DNA of 64,000 nt, filler included, from Asterionella formosa (lineage: Eukaryota): assembly GCA_002256025.1 (NCBI GenBank). It is 7 parts of 7 records of this genome, joined end to end, with 100 filler letters (N's around TTAATTAATTAA, not from the genome) between each part and the next. Parts side by side here need not be neighbours in the genome. Positions count along the whole stretch, not along the records: positions 1 to 9,161 come from NKIB01011027.1; positions 9,262 to 18,422 come from NKIB01011028.1; 5 more parts are not named here. One strand, given 5' to 3'. The translations under genes were made by a program, and so were the position numbers. Below, in pieces: positions 1 to 11,702 of this stretch. The first letter of the stretch is position 1. Each line of letters starts with the position of its first letter. The notes beneath the pieces were generated by a model. It made no database searches. It was not told where the DNA came from and was given only the letters and a program-made list of their open reading frames with translations.

Positions 1-755
1 CATGAATGGGAATGTGTAGCATCTGAGCACAATGAAAATTTTCCAGACAAGGATCGAACTGGAACTTCAATTTGGCGAAAGTTTGCACAACTACAGAAAG
101 TGAAAATTCCAAGTGGTGACCGAACATGTCCTGCTGAGGTCCGACATGCTAAGCAAGTATTCCGAAAAATAGAGGAAAGAGCAGATGCTAGTGGTGAAGC
201 TGATTCTACATACCTTGGGATAGAAGATGGCAACAATGTCAATGATGAATTCATGGTACTTGAGGACAGTCAAGACAATGCTGAAGTGGTTGAAACTTCG
301 GATAGGACTCCTGCTTGTTCTGTTCCTGAAGCAACTCCTGCTGTTTCCGCTGGAGCAACTGTTGCAAGATCTGCTAGTGAAAGAGTTCTTCATTGTATGG
401 TACCCCCTCAGCTCAGGGATAAACCTATGTCAAACAGTCTTAACAAAATGTTGGCTCTAGTTTCAACACAATTGCTTCAAAAGCGGACAAGAATGAAAAT
501 ATTCCAATGCAGACGATGCAAATGCAGCAACAACAGCAACAGCAAACTCAACAGCAACAGAACATAATAAAGATGATGATGTCAATCATGTCATCCATTT
601 TGAACCATGGGATATCACAAACAACCGCCTCAACTACCGTTGTCAAACCCATTAAGGCAATGATGAATTCAATGATAGCTTTGAATGTGCTATCAATAAA
701 ATTGTATAGTAAAAAAATCATTTGGAGTAAGATTTTCCTTTCACCATTCTCTTAA
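1..755 (+). pseudogene. Myb/SANT-like (DUF6818-like) accessory protein of a PIF/Harbinger element; 5' partial, frameshifted near the poly-Q tail
   Basis: Frame 1 from base 1 reads HEWECVASEHNENFPDKDRTGTSIWRKFAQLQKVKIPSGDRTCPAEVRHAK, matching the W...RKF...PTGDP.CP..VR.AK pattern. It is convergent with a Harbinger transposase. Confidence 0.65.
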
Positions 756-1757
756 CAAAGAACTTTATCTTTCATCTTGGGATATGACCCCTGAAGACAA
801 CTCATTCCCCATTCAGACAACTGCCTGACTGAAGTTGCTTGACAATTTATGACAAATCTTTGTCAAAGATTACCATTTGCATCCACATTATTTTGATGGG
901 ATTTTAGCATTGCATTTGATTTCTTAGATTTAAATGCTGAAGCCACAACTACTTTTTTACCTGTATCCCTATAAACCATTTCAATTTGATCACAGATCGA
1001 AGACAAAATTGCCATGGTGGAGTTGTGGAGAACACCAGGTGCATTAAAATAAGAGGAACAAATTTTTCCATCAAGAGAAGAAAGAAACAAGTTAGTCACA
1101 TAGTGTTCATAAGTCCACCCATTGTAGAAATTGTTTTGCTGTCTTTCATTTCCAGGTCGTTGCAGGGTGAGTTTCATAGCATCCATTGCTCCCCAACAAT
1201 TATTTATCAATGGGTACTTCTTATGATCATGGCTGGATGTAAATAAAGTGGTTTCGGTTGCAGTAGGTAGTGGACCAATGTCATCTTCATTAGTCCAAAG
1301 CACTTTGACAATCATTCTCCTTCAAATTCTCAAGGAATTATGAGTTAAGCCGAAAATGATCTGAAGAATCATATAGGATCCACGAGTTCTAGTCCATGCC
1401 AGCTCAAGTGCCAGACAAATGATGGAACACAGCAATCTGGGTCGACCGGATTTTGTTGTTGAATTCTTGATAATGAATTCCGTTTTTTTCTACAAGGAGA
1501 AAAGGAATTAAAATATGGCTTGAATAGCTGGTGTTGTAGGAGCTCAAAGGAAGCACGATCGAACCCACACAATGTGATTCATCATGCTTGCTATCAAACA
1601 AAGTCCAGAGTGGACTTGAAAATGGATGCTGTAGTGCGTGGTGCCGGATTTTGCCACTTCTTCTTCTGATCTCATCAACAGTCAAACTTTCATGAAACGA
1701 TGCTGTCTTATTTTTTGCTAGATCACATGCTGCTAGCAGTAGTAATGTGATGATCAT

Positions 1758-1839
<82 letters not shown>

Positions 1840-1862
1840 GGAGATGAGAGGTCAGCCGACAT
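680..1862 (-). mobile_element. Degenerate PIF/Harbinger transposase (DDE_Tnp_4-like)
   Basis: Fragments RRRSGKIRHHALQHPFSSPLWTLF, CGFDRASFELL, NCWGAMDAMKLTLQRPG..QNNFYNGW...NAPGVLHNS and a C-terminal EWGM..LQGSYP...LLYNF; several frameshifts. Confidence 0.8.
1758..1838. repeat. Perfect (ATC)n microsatellite, about 27 units, encoding poly-Asp in the transposase N-terminus
   Basis: Directly visible. Confidence 0.95.
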
Positions 1863-2405
1863 GGTCAGTGACCAACACTGGTGAAATTATGGAAAACATG
1901 TATACAGTGTACAAGAGGAGGCATAACACACCAGAGGATGCATCGCTATGAAAATTTAACTGTTATAAATTATAGTTAAATTTATATTTACTGTCAGATA
2001 AGAAATCTAAAATAATTCAAGTATCAGATCGCAATGACGATATTATATATTATATCAGCAAAGAATACTTGTGATGTAATAATTTTCGCACAAATTATTT
2101 TGGTATTTCGAAGCGCGCTCATTTTCGGACAAATGATATTCGCAATATTTGGACTTTCCTGGAACTCCCTGTTATGCATGTATACATAGTTATCAAATAA
2201 ATTTTTAAGTACGCTTTACTGTGGGTACCCTGAGCATAAATCCAGCCATCCTTATTTTCCTTATAATTCTTTTGCTACTGGTGGTAGTTGAAGGGTGATT
2301 AAATTGGTGGTCCTCATTGTAGACTCATACAGCACTGCAGACTGCGCCAGTAATTTCGTGAGTTCATATAATAAGTGTCTGGTAGATTGTATGATTAAAT
2401 GAGCA

Positions 2406-2467
2406 GCGGAATGCTAGGTGGTTAGCACACCTTTCTGCAGTGGCGGATTCGATTCCTCCATTCTCCA
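2406..2467 (+). other. tRNA-like / Pol III box-like remnant (possible SINE head or tRNA pseudogene)
   Basis: A-box-like TGCTAGGTGGTTAG, B-box-like GGATTCGATTCC, partial acceptor pairing GGAATG/CATTCT and a terminal CCA. No intact anticodon arm. Confidence 0.35.
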
Positions 2468-4089
2468 CCTGCCTTTTTCATGTATTCCCTAGGGTTCCGG
2501 GGTTTGTGGCTGATGAAAAGACAGGTCCCGTTGTACCTTACAGACGAATAATTCGGTACTAATTGTGTCCATTTATTTGGACCCGAGTGCAATTATTGGA
2601 CAGCTTTAATGTACTATAAAATTTAATTGACATTTTATGAGTAAATGAGCACAATTGTCCAGGCCCATTTGAAATTAAATGTAGACTCTATCATCATTTT
2701 TGCACCGCATAAATTGTAAAATATGCCAAAAGCATGAAAAACCACATTGATGATGGTGTACTCTGCACAGTAAGTTCGATGCAATTGATACATAATCTGA
2801 GCTTCTTCTTCTCATTCCTCATCCACGTAAATCATTGCTTTTCTTGCTACAATCAGTCAACAACCACTATGACGAGATGCTAGTGATACAGCAGCTACTT
2901 TTGTGATTCAAGTGGATGTGGCGGAATAATTGTTGATAATAGAAAGACGACCAGAAGGAGGCCATAGCAAGCAAGCAAGCAAGCATGGGAGTGATTTTAC
3001 ATCAAAATGCATCTGTTCTGCAATTTTCGCACCTGCTTCCACATCAGCATGCTCCTATTCTACCATTTTCTAAACTATCAATAGCACTAGCTAGTTATAC
3101 AATCCAAATATATTTCTGGTACCGGTTGCGTCCATATTATTATGTCAAAAGCATTTTCAGTTTACTTTGTTAATTCATAGAAATTATAGATGATTGCTGC
3201 AAATAATAATAGTGTTCTTTGATTGGACGGACAAAGTATATGGTTATTTTCCTCTAAAATTAATTATAGAAGTTGTCGAGTTAGATCATTCATATCATAG
3301 CTAGTATACAAAGATAGATTGTTTTATAGCCCATTTGTAATCCACTATTTCTAGGCAAGTATTTCATTGTTACCTGCCCACGAGACCTGTGCTTCCCTAC
3401 TTGTTATGTTAGTGCAGGTGAGTCCCCAACCACCTTTCAGGAATGGTGATTGTCTTAGCCGCAGTGTTAGGAGAAACTCCAACTGCCTAGGAAGGCGGCA
3501 CAAGCTGCTTGTAGGGAAGCAACCCACTATTTCTTGTACGCCAGGCAAGACCATGTGGGATTAAATTAGGTATGTATAGCCAAATTCACCATATTGGGCC
3601 ACCCAAATAATTAATTGGAGTCATATCATTCGACTATCATAGCTTTTTTTTGGCAAAAATGTGTACCGATAAATTTTTCTATTAGCGTGCTCCACAAAAC
3701 CCGAACAGTAAGTGGAGATACTAAGAGGTTAACCCTATATCTATATGGTAACAGGTACCGGTATATAATGAGTACATAAAAATTATACTTTGAATATCAT
3801 ACCATTGATGATTTCTTTCGCTATATATTATTATTACTACCGGGTTCTTTCCAGCTTGACAGGCAGATATCAGTCTCCCTTTGCGGCCCGATAAGAAGGC
3901 CTTAACATCTTCTTCCTTTAACTTTAAATACATCGTGAGATAGCACTTTTTCTCCTGAATAAAAGGGCTACACATGTTAAAGACAAAGAATTGAAATTTG
4001 AACCAGTAATATTTAGTCATGTGCCAGTCACAACATGAAAAATTCCATATACCCATATCAGTTTGGACTGGAAGGACTCAATAATGCTT

Positions 4090-5900
4090 CCATGGAATGA
4101 TATAGACAACAATCAACACAACGATAGACACCCATGGAGCATATACAACATGTCCAAGTCTTTATTTTGCAGTCTACACATGTGCTTTGGAGGTGGGAAC
4201 TGCCAGCATCCACAACTTCTGTCCCGAAAAATTTCTTGCCTTTGGGTAGCCGGGAAACTCTGTGCTCAGCATTTCAACGACCTTCGAGGCGACTCTTTTT
4301 CCTCTTCTTTGTAAGAATAAGGATTACATACCAATGCCTCTGCCAAAAACTTGCGAAAACCGAGCATGCCATCAACCTCCTCCTTGTAGAAGTGTTTATA
4401 TGCCAGCATGGCATTTACTTCTTCCGTTGTTACTGACAAGATTCATGCAAACACTCTATTTGGCCACCATTTCGTTGCCCACGCCACCTCCAAACTGATT
4501 GGGGAATGCCTCTTTGCATTATGATTGTCAACAGCATGCCAAAACTTGTAGTGGTTGTGGATAATCTCAGTATATGTAACCTGTTTTTGGCGCTTTGTTC
4601 CTTGTACCAACCAATTTCTCATGGAAACCTTGCCAATTGGTTCTAAGGTCCCATACAGAGACATTAGAAACATCACGTAGTCTGGTTCCTTCGTGCAATA
4701 TATATGGAAGGGGATGTTGTCTAGTTTTCCTGGCCAGGCATCTGCAAAGCCACACTCAAGGCTTTCGAAGTGTGCCTTGATTTCTTCATTTCGGATGTAT
4801 TTTGGCCAGAAGCAGCGTTTCTTTATCAGTGCTGATGCATACAATCCCTTCTTCCTTAATTCAATGATTCCCTTTAGTACACAAAATCCACCATCAAGAG
4901 TGATTATCCTTGCTGACCCCCAAATCTATTTTGAGAGTCAAAGCAATAGGCCAACAGTCTTCCCACCAAGATCATCAAACTCTTGATATTGTCGTGATTG
5001 GGGAGCATCTTTTCCTTCCACTATTTCCATAGCAAACATGATTTGCTCCTGTATCGCCACAGCAAAATGTGTGGTATTCATTTCCGAATGGCCAAGGCTT
5101 TTGGGGAACAAACATGAATCCAGGACAGGTATGCATGTTTGTCCATGTAGACATTGATTGTCTTAAACATACAATGTTTAAAATTTTTCTGCATGTTTTC
5201 ATTTCATACTTCAATCATTTCCCCTACTTCACGAAAACGGTCCGGATAATCAGGTTCTGGCCAAATTGTATAGCCTATAGCCTTAAGAATTGAATCAAAT
5301 CGATCACAAGACATGAGGTGATTTAGCCAAAATGAGGCATTGTATTGTTTGGTGCAACTGACCAAAAATCATGCCGTTTTGTTCCCTGTGTTGTTGCCAT
5401 TAAAAACCATATTCCAATCCATCTGAGTAGCTCACCATAGGTAACAGATTTGCCCTCTATGTTTGGATTAATGATAAACAAATCATTATCTTTCAAGAAC
5501 TCAGAAGGAAATAATAATTCAAACAATTGGAAGACAGTTGGTTTCATCTGAGTTGGAAATGATGAAATTCATGGATTGCAATTTGATGCACCTGTCAGCC
5601 TCCTGTAGCAATTTCCTGAGTGTCCCCAGCCACTCATCCTCAAACAAATTGTTTATTAGTACTTCATTGGGATGAACAACATTTTCAGTTGCTGGGGCAT
5701 TGTCATCATCAATAGCAACAAATCCAGCTGAAAGGGCAATGTCATCAGCATCATGAAATGATCTTGAAGTGCTTTTCAAGAGCATACAGCTCAGTTGTAT
5801 CAGCATCATCCACAGTCCTGGGAGCTGTGACCACAATGGCCATCACCTCTTTTCCTCTAGCTAATTTTGTTGAGCTCCCTCTGCAGAACTGCTATTCCTT
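4090..5900 (-). mobile_element. Degenerate piggyBac-family transposase (DDE_Tnp_1_7-like)
   Basis: ELLRWIGIWFLMATTQG, CPGFMFVPQKPWPFGNEYHTFCC, ASALIKKRCFWPKYI, AVDNHNAKRH.PISLE..W.TK.WPNRVF and a Cys-rich tail (TCVDCKIKTWTCCICSMGVYRCVDC); many stops and frameshifts. Confidence 0.8.
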
Positions 5901-6418
5901 CAAGTCAATGACCCTTTCCAATGTTCAGATGATGATTTTGGACCCGCAGTGAGGGGTGAATGTACTTGGAAAGGCATGAAACAATGGCACCTTTGCCCAT
6001 GGTCAATTTTCGTTTTTGCGCCATCCTGCACAGACATTTTTGAGATTTTTGCAGCTGGTAGGCTTCTCATGTATCTGAAATTTTGAAACCTATACGCTTA
6101 TTTCCATGCGTACCTCCAGAAACCTACAGTTCTGTAGATTTAGATTAACTTTTCAGAAATGAAATATCTGTTGAATTGATCTAGGGGCAAGGGATTGAAA
6201 ACCCAGACTGAATCCAGTCTATTAGACTGAAATCAGCCTAGCTTGAAAGAATCCGCTACCCTACGCTCTGCCTGATTCCAAAGTTCTACCAATAAGAATT
6301 GTGCCGGGACTCCACTGACCTGAGAGCGAGGGCGCGAGCTTCTGTCGCATTGAAAGCAATCACGAAGAAAGAGAGAGGCAACGTTGCATTAGTTGCAATA
6401 GGCTCGTTCCATCCAAGT

Positions 6419-7951
6419 ATGACACAACACTCAAGAAAGACCCTTCTGTCCCTTCTGCTGCTGCAGCAATGCTCAGTATTGGCAACTAGTACGCCCTTGA
6501 CCAGTCTGACTCATTGCCAGCAGCGGATGCTATCATTATCAGGGATCATCTCTGCAGCTCCGTCGAAAGAGTGGTCAAAATTGGTTTTGCAACGGAAGGT
6601 CTGGATGCTGCCAAGTCGGCATCGGCCCCCTACAGCTCTCGCTGCACAGCTGCCCTTCACGGGCACATCTTTGCCGTTTTCACTCACGGAAGAGCAACAA
6701 CAACAGCAGCAGCAGCAACTACAACAACATTCGAGTGTGCATCTCAGGCTAGGATCAGAGGCAATGATGCCGAAGGACGACAATGATGAGGATGACCCAT
6801 CAGGCACCCAAAAAAAGGACCACGCCGTACTTCACACCTACAAGCACCTTAGTCTGCTCCCGCTTTATGGATTGAACGTTTCCAGAGAGAAATTTGAGCA
6901 ATGGATCTATCACTGCTTGCCATCTGGGGCCAGGGTGGAGGCTCACGATATCACGTCGCAAGATGTTTCCATTCGGACCATCCGACACGAACTTCGGACG
7001 TTGTGGAGGTCGAGGCGCCTGTTGTGCGATCGGACGGAACTCTTGACTGTGTATCAAAGTGACACCGATGAAAGCAAGGAAACAGAAGGAACAATAGACG
7101 ATGTCACTGTCAACAAAAAACGTGGAGGATTCACGGACTTACTGCATCTCTATGCCGAGCGACACATTGGAATTTTAGAGGACGAAATTGAGGACAAACC
7201 AAACTCCATTGTGCAGTGGCTTCAATCTGAATATGGAGGAACTTCTCAATTACTTGCACAACACTTTGACACACAGACTCCGGAAGCACAACGTGCTGCT
7301 TTGCAATCCTTTTTAGAATGGTTCAGGACGAACTTCCCATATTTTTATGACAAGTGCCACGCCTGTGGCGCATCCTGCAAGCAAGATGGACTAGATGATG
7401 GTAGTTTCTTGGGGTACGTGTACCCAAATGATGATGAATTAGCTGGTAAGGCTGGACGCACTGAAATTTATCAATGTCACAAGTGCCATACAGTGACAAG
7501 ATTTCCTAGATTCAATGCTGCCTCCCATGTTTTGCAAGAACGACGAGGCAGATGTGGGGAATACAGCATGTTGCTGTATCGCATGATGCGAGCAATGGGA
7601 CATGAAGTGAGATGGATAGTCGATTGGGCCGATCATGTGTGGTGTGAATTATTCTGGCAAGGTCGGTGGATTCATTTGGATCCATGTGAAGCTGCCATTG
7701 ATGTTCCCTTTCTGTATCAGGAATGGGGGAAACAGCAAACGTACATCATGGCGTTTTATGCTCCACTGAACAACAAGAGACAAGTCTCCTCCTGTCATCC
7801 AACAATTGAAGATGTCACTGCAAAATATACCTCAGAGGGCATGGATGTAATTCAGGAAAGACGAGATACCAGTCCAGAGAATGTTGACTCAACAATAGCC
7901 AAGGTCTCATTAGATCTTGAAAGCAAGTTGGCAAATGTCATGATGCGATAA
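6419..7951 (+). CDS. PNG1: Peptide:N-glycanase (transglutaminase-like PNGase) with N-terminal signal peptide and long extension
   Basis: Catalytic motifs RRGRCGEY, DWADHVWCE and WIHLDPCEAA; Zn-binding CHAC and CHKC pairs; RFPRFN. ATG at 6419 starts MTQHSRKTLLSLLLLQQCSVLA. Intronless open frame. Confidence 0.88.
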   Translation: MTQHSRKTLLSLLLLQQCSVLATSTPLTSLTHCQQRMLSLSGIISAAPSKEWSKLVLQRKVWMLPSRHRPPTALAAQLPFTGTSLPFSLTEEQQQQQQQQLQQHSSVHLRLGSEAMMPKDDNDEDDPSGTQKKDHAVLHTYKHLSLLPLYGLNVSREKFEQWIYHCLPSGARVEAHDITSQDVSIRTIRHELRTLWRSRRLLCDRTELLTVYQSDTDESKETEGTIDDVTVNKKRGGFTDLLHLYAERHIGILEDEIEDKPNSIVQWLQSEYGGTSQLLAQHFDTQTPEAQRAALQSFLEWFRTNFPYFYDKCHACGASCKQDGLDDGSFLGYVYPNDDELAGKAGRTEIYQCHKCHTVTRFPRFNAASHVLQERRGRCGEYSMLLYRMMRAMGHEVRWIVDWADHVWCELFWQGRWIHLDPCEAAIDVPFLYQEWGKQQTYIMAFYAPLNNKRQVSSCHPTIEDVTAKYTSEGMDVIQERRDTSPENVDSTIAKVSLDLESKLANVMMR

Positions 7952-8774
7952 TATTAATCAGCAGCGCTGGGCTGTTTCTGCTTTTCTGTACAGGATAAAA
8001 TACTCAGGTTCATTCCCTGAGGGCTGATAAAACTAAGTATTTCTGAAAATAGCATTTTCAATTGCACCAGGACAATATTTATGGCTCTCTTCCTGAGCTC
8101 GCTCATCTACCATTTGCCCACTGTAAGGAGCATAGTACGCCATAAAATATTGACCTGTTCATTGTGAAAAAATTTCGTTGCCTCTCTCCTTTCAATGATC
8201 ACTGGTCATGGTAGAGGTATTTGACACATGCCCAGATCAATCAATAGAAGTAATGCCTTCTCAGCACTACTGGGTTAAATGTTAGTCCTAGGTGTCTATT
8301 AATGATTCATACATCTGTGTTGGTGTACATAGTTGCACAATTCCTACACTATATCAATTCATTGAGCTAGTTCAGTTTCCACACTAGTAAAAGCTCGTGG
8401 ATATCATTAACGTTTGCTATATACATGTAAGTTTCGATTAGTTATAGCTATGTAAATACCGGTAGTCTTATGAATAGGCTATGCAATGTCCCATGGGTCA
8501 CTATAGGTATACCTATTTTAGTTAGACTCATAGGGAGTATATCTTGTAAGAATAAATATTTTAAACGACAAAAATATCACAATACTACTTGGAACACGGA
8601 GGTCATTTAGCTTAAGAGCTTATTGGAAGTGGATCAGCAAATAAATTCAAATGACAGCTCCTCCTTGCAAGTATGTTGACAACACCTTGGTGGTGGTCAT
8701 ACCGTGCATGGGATTTTGCGTTACATCCAAAAGGCCAATTTGTGATCCCTTGTAGTCATGCCAAAATGAAAAGC

Positions 8775-9161
8775 CTACAATTGGATAATTTCTCCAAGAT
8801 TGGATTCCATGAGGTTCAACCCTCGCCCAGCATTCATCAATTCTGGCACAAATTCATTCACCAATGCGCTACCTGGCGGATATTGGTTTTGGTGCAAACT
8901 TTTAAAGTGATCTTGAAAATGATCAGCTTCAGCAACATGTGATGGAAAACTAAAGTTGTCGGGTTGTCTAACAGCGAAGACGCGCGCTCGCGTCGTTGTC
9001 TGTGTTTTGCAGATAGACCGCTTGGAGGTAGGAATTGGTTGAAAGTCTGGAATGCGGCGAAAATCTGCCTCTTCAAAAATCTTTAACGAGTCTTCACGAA
9101 GGAACTGGGCAGGTCGACCCATTTGGTATGCCTCCTGAATTGCAGATCGCCACTTGCGCGT
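8775..9161 (-). CDS. Partial hypothetical ORF at contig edge
   Basis: Open frame with coding-like composition; no recognisable motif. Confidence 0.25.
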   Translation of the reverse strand, partial: TRKWRSAIQEAYQMGRPAQFLREDSLKIFEEADFRRIPDFQPIPTSKRSICKTQTTTRARVFAVRQPDNFSFPSHVAEADHFQDHFKSLHQNQYPPGSALVNEFVPELMNAGRGLNLMESNLGEIIQL

Positions 9162-9261
9162 NNNNNNNNNNNNNNNNNNNNNNNNNNNNNNNNNNNNNNN
9201 NNNNNTTAATTAATTAANNNNNNNNNNNNNNNNNNNNNNNNNNNNNNNNNNNNNNNNNNNN
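9162..9261. other. Artificial contig linker (N44-TTAATTAATTAA-N44)
   Basis: 100-bp spacer with a six-frame stop core; identical to the five other linkers. Confidence 0.98.
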
Positions 9262-9950
9262 ATGATTGGCAAGATAATGTCCGTTGTTGTCGATTGTTGT
9301 CGTCGATGTGCCTCCACTGCTCGAAAAATGGCAGTTTCGGCTTCAGACTCCATTGGAGAAACAATGTCCGACAAGGATAGTTTCTCCCAGCGATTGGTAC
9401 TGGCGGTACTGATTTGTCGCATTGTCGACAATGGTTGTTGCGGTTGTGCAGTGCCATTAATTCCCAAAAACGCCGCATCCACATTTTGATCAAAACTGAC
9501 CGATCTATTACTGACAGCTCGTGGTCTTGGGAGCAACTTCTTCAATGGCGGCGGGGGGATTTCCGTGTCCACGTCACTAACTTCGGTGAGCGCCGATAAG
9601 AAGGAGTAGTCGCCGATGGATTTCTGTTGTGCATTGTGGGAAGGTTTGGTGGCTGCGCGAGGAGGTTTATTTCCACTCCTTGGGATGGAAGGAACAATTT
9701 CAACCTGGCTGGTAGGTTCTGGTTTTACTGGGACTGACGGTGCATTGTTGTTGTTGTTGTCGTCGTCATTGTCGTCAGAGCTCGATGGCTCTGGTGTTGC
9801 GCTCAAAAGGTATTCTCCAACGAGAGAGCTAGAGCTCAAAGCTCTACCTTCGTCTTGAGATTGTGGTAGTGGTGAAGGTGTTGGTGGAGGGCCAATAAAT
9901 GGAAGAGGATAGCCACTTGTTGATGGTTCGTCCTTGTTTTCTTCCTCCAT
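9262..9950 (-). CDS. 5' part of a gene with a disordered Pro/Ser-rich N-terminus, truncated by the contig end (possibly an MscS-type channel N-terminus)
   Basis: Long open frame from ATG 9950 to the contig edge. The motif LSLSDIVSPMESEAETAIFRAVE recalls diatom MscS N-termini; that assignment is tentative. Confidence 0.6.
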
Positions 9951-11702
9951 GCTTGTGATGTTGGGGTTGCTTGGGGAAATGAAAATGTGGGTTTTGTACT
10001 TTCTTTGACGGAAATCGCACGCATATGAATACTACACGGTGAACGGCTTGCCCTCTCTTTTTTTAGTCTGCGTTGAATTGATGTGTTTTGTTACCGGCAA
10101 TGTATCATCAGGTAATGTATATATGCATAAATAATATCATCATATGTGTGAACATCACTACCTATACAAGGAACCAGCAAACAGAAATGTGCTTGCCGGA
10201 ATTTTTTTATTTATTCATTTATATATATGTGATTTAATTAAGAGTGTGTGGATGTGTTCATACAAGTAAAAATGAATATGCTTGCCCGTCATTTTAGTAT
10301 GCTGTGGAAAAATAAACGTGAGACTTCGTCGATCGCGAGGAGGCAGAAGTTAATTTCTGCCACGAGTCAGAGCAACCACAATATGGTAGACAGCCACGTC
10401 AGCAGGATAATGCTCTTCATGTGTACCGGTATCCAAGGATCAATCGTGGTTGATTTTATAGACTACGTGTCTGTTCTTGTGCATTTGTCTCGACATACTG
10501 GTGCCAGGTACTCCTACCAGCCAATTAAAATGTTAGTTTAAGCAAAATGACCCCAACTTCCTGGTACCAGGTACCAGCCAAAACAGGAGAGCTCTGCCCT
10601 TGCTTTGGATCGCGATATCGTATCACTTTGTCAAATTACATAATCACTAATGTACCGCTACCGTTGGTACATGGTTTTCACGGTGGGGTTACGGTGGTCT
10701 ACCGGTATCTCTATCATTAGTGGAGCAAATATAAGTGTTAGAATCCGGGTAAACTAGCGGTGTATAATGTGGTACTAGTACGTGACAACTTTTAATCGTT
10801 CAACAGTACATATGTACGAAGTACTCTCGGGACACGCTCGCCGAGTCACGTAAGAGCAGAGCAGTGTTGGTGACATGTCTGTGTTCGTATGCACGAACAT
10901 TCGTAGTGCGACATACCAGGTACCGTATGGCTGGAAGGTGCGGTAATTTCGCTCTCTGCGCGCTTCTTGGCTTTAGCCCACCTGCAGGGCTTCGAAACCA
11001 CAATGGACTGGCTGACTTCCTTGCCAGTATGAGAGAGAGTGGCTATCAGCTACCAGTACAAGGTGCCAAATTCTTTTGATATGTAGTAGAGGTACCGGTA
11101 AGTACCAGTACCTCCCGATAGTTCGCTCCCTAAAAAGGCCATTGGAAAAAGGTATTTTTAAATGGTCTTTTAACATTCACCAATCATACCGTATACAAAT
11201 TCATAAGAACGGTAGTCTACTGGTATTGGTACCTGGTACCGTACCAGAAAGTTTGTTGAGACAAGGCCCTATTAAAATAGCCTACCAGTACCTACCGGTA
11301 CCGATATTCAGGTATGATGATGTTCGATGGATGAGACAAGGCCTATTAAAATAGCCTTCTACGTATTCAAGGATGATGTACAACTGTCTACCGGTAGGTT
11401 GTTAGAATAAATGGTTACGACTACCGGCAGGTAGTCTAACGGTAGCCTTATTTAGCGACTGGAGGTGAAGTATTTTGATTAGGCCTGTTGAGATGGCCTT
11501 CGACTACCAGTTGCGTACTATATACGGTGGTCGTTCCAGTGGCCCCTCTCGTACCGGTCGCTTTACAATCATTTATGGCCTGTTTTCATATTTGGTAACA
11601 AGAGTATGGGTAAAGAATATTCTTATTACTCATTTTGTCTTGAACCACCCATTGCAAGATAAGGAGTACCAGATAAGAGAGAGAAAGACCTAGTAAGAAA
11701 CC

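Noticed and set aside
2505..2530. CTGATGA hammerhead-ribozyme-like core
   Set aside because: No stem II followed by GAAA and no matching stem III/NUH.
3729..6200. piggyBac termini (TTAACCCT at 3729; AAGGGATTGA near 6190)
   Set aside because: Left end is plausible but the right-end match is too weak to call TIRs.
6299..6418. Upstream extension of the PNGase ORF from a TTG start
   Set aside because: Eukaryotic gene; the first ATG at 6419 directly precedes a signal-like segment.
9035..9493. ORFs containing X runs and ending LIN (also 46037-46690 and 55459-55800)
   Set aside because: They run into artificial linkers; the stops come from TTAATTAATTAA.
10800..11354. Short ORFs rich in VPV/YRY/GT
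   Set aside because: Translations of the GGTACC/ACCGGT motif field, not genes.
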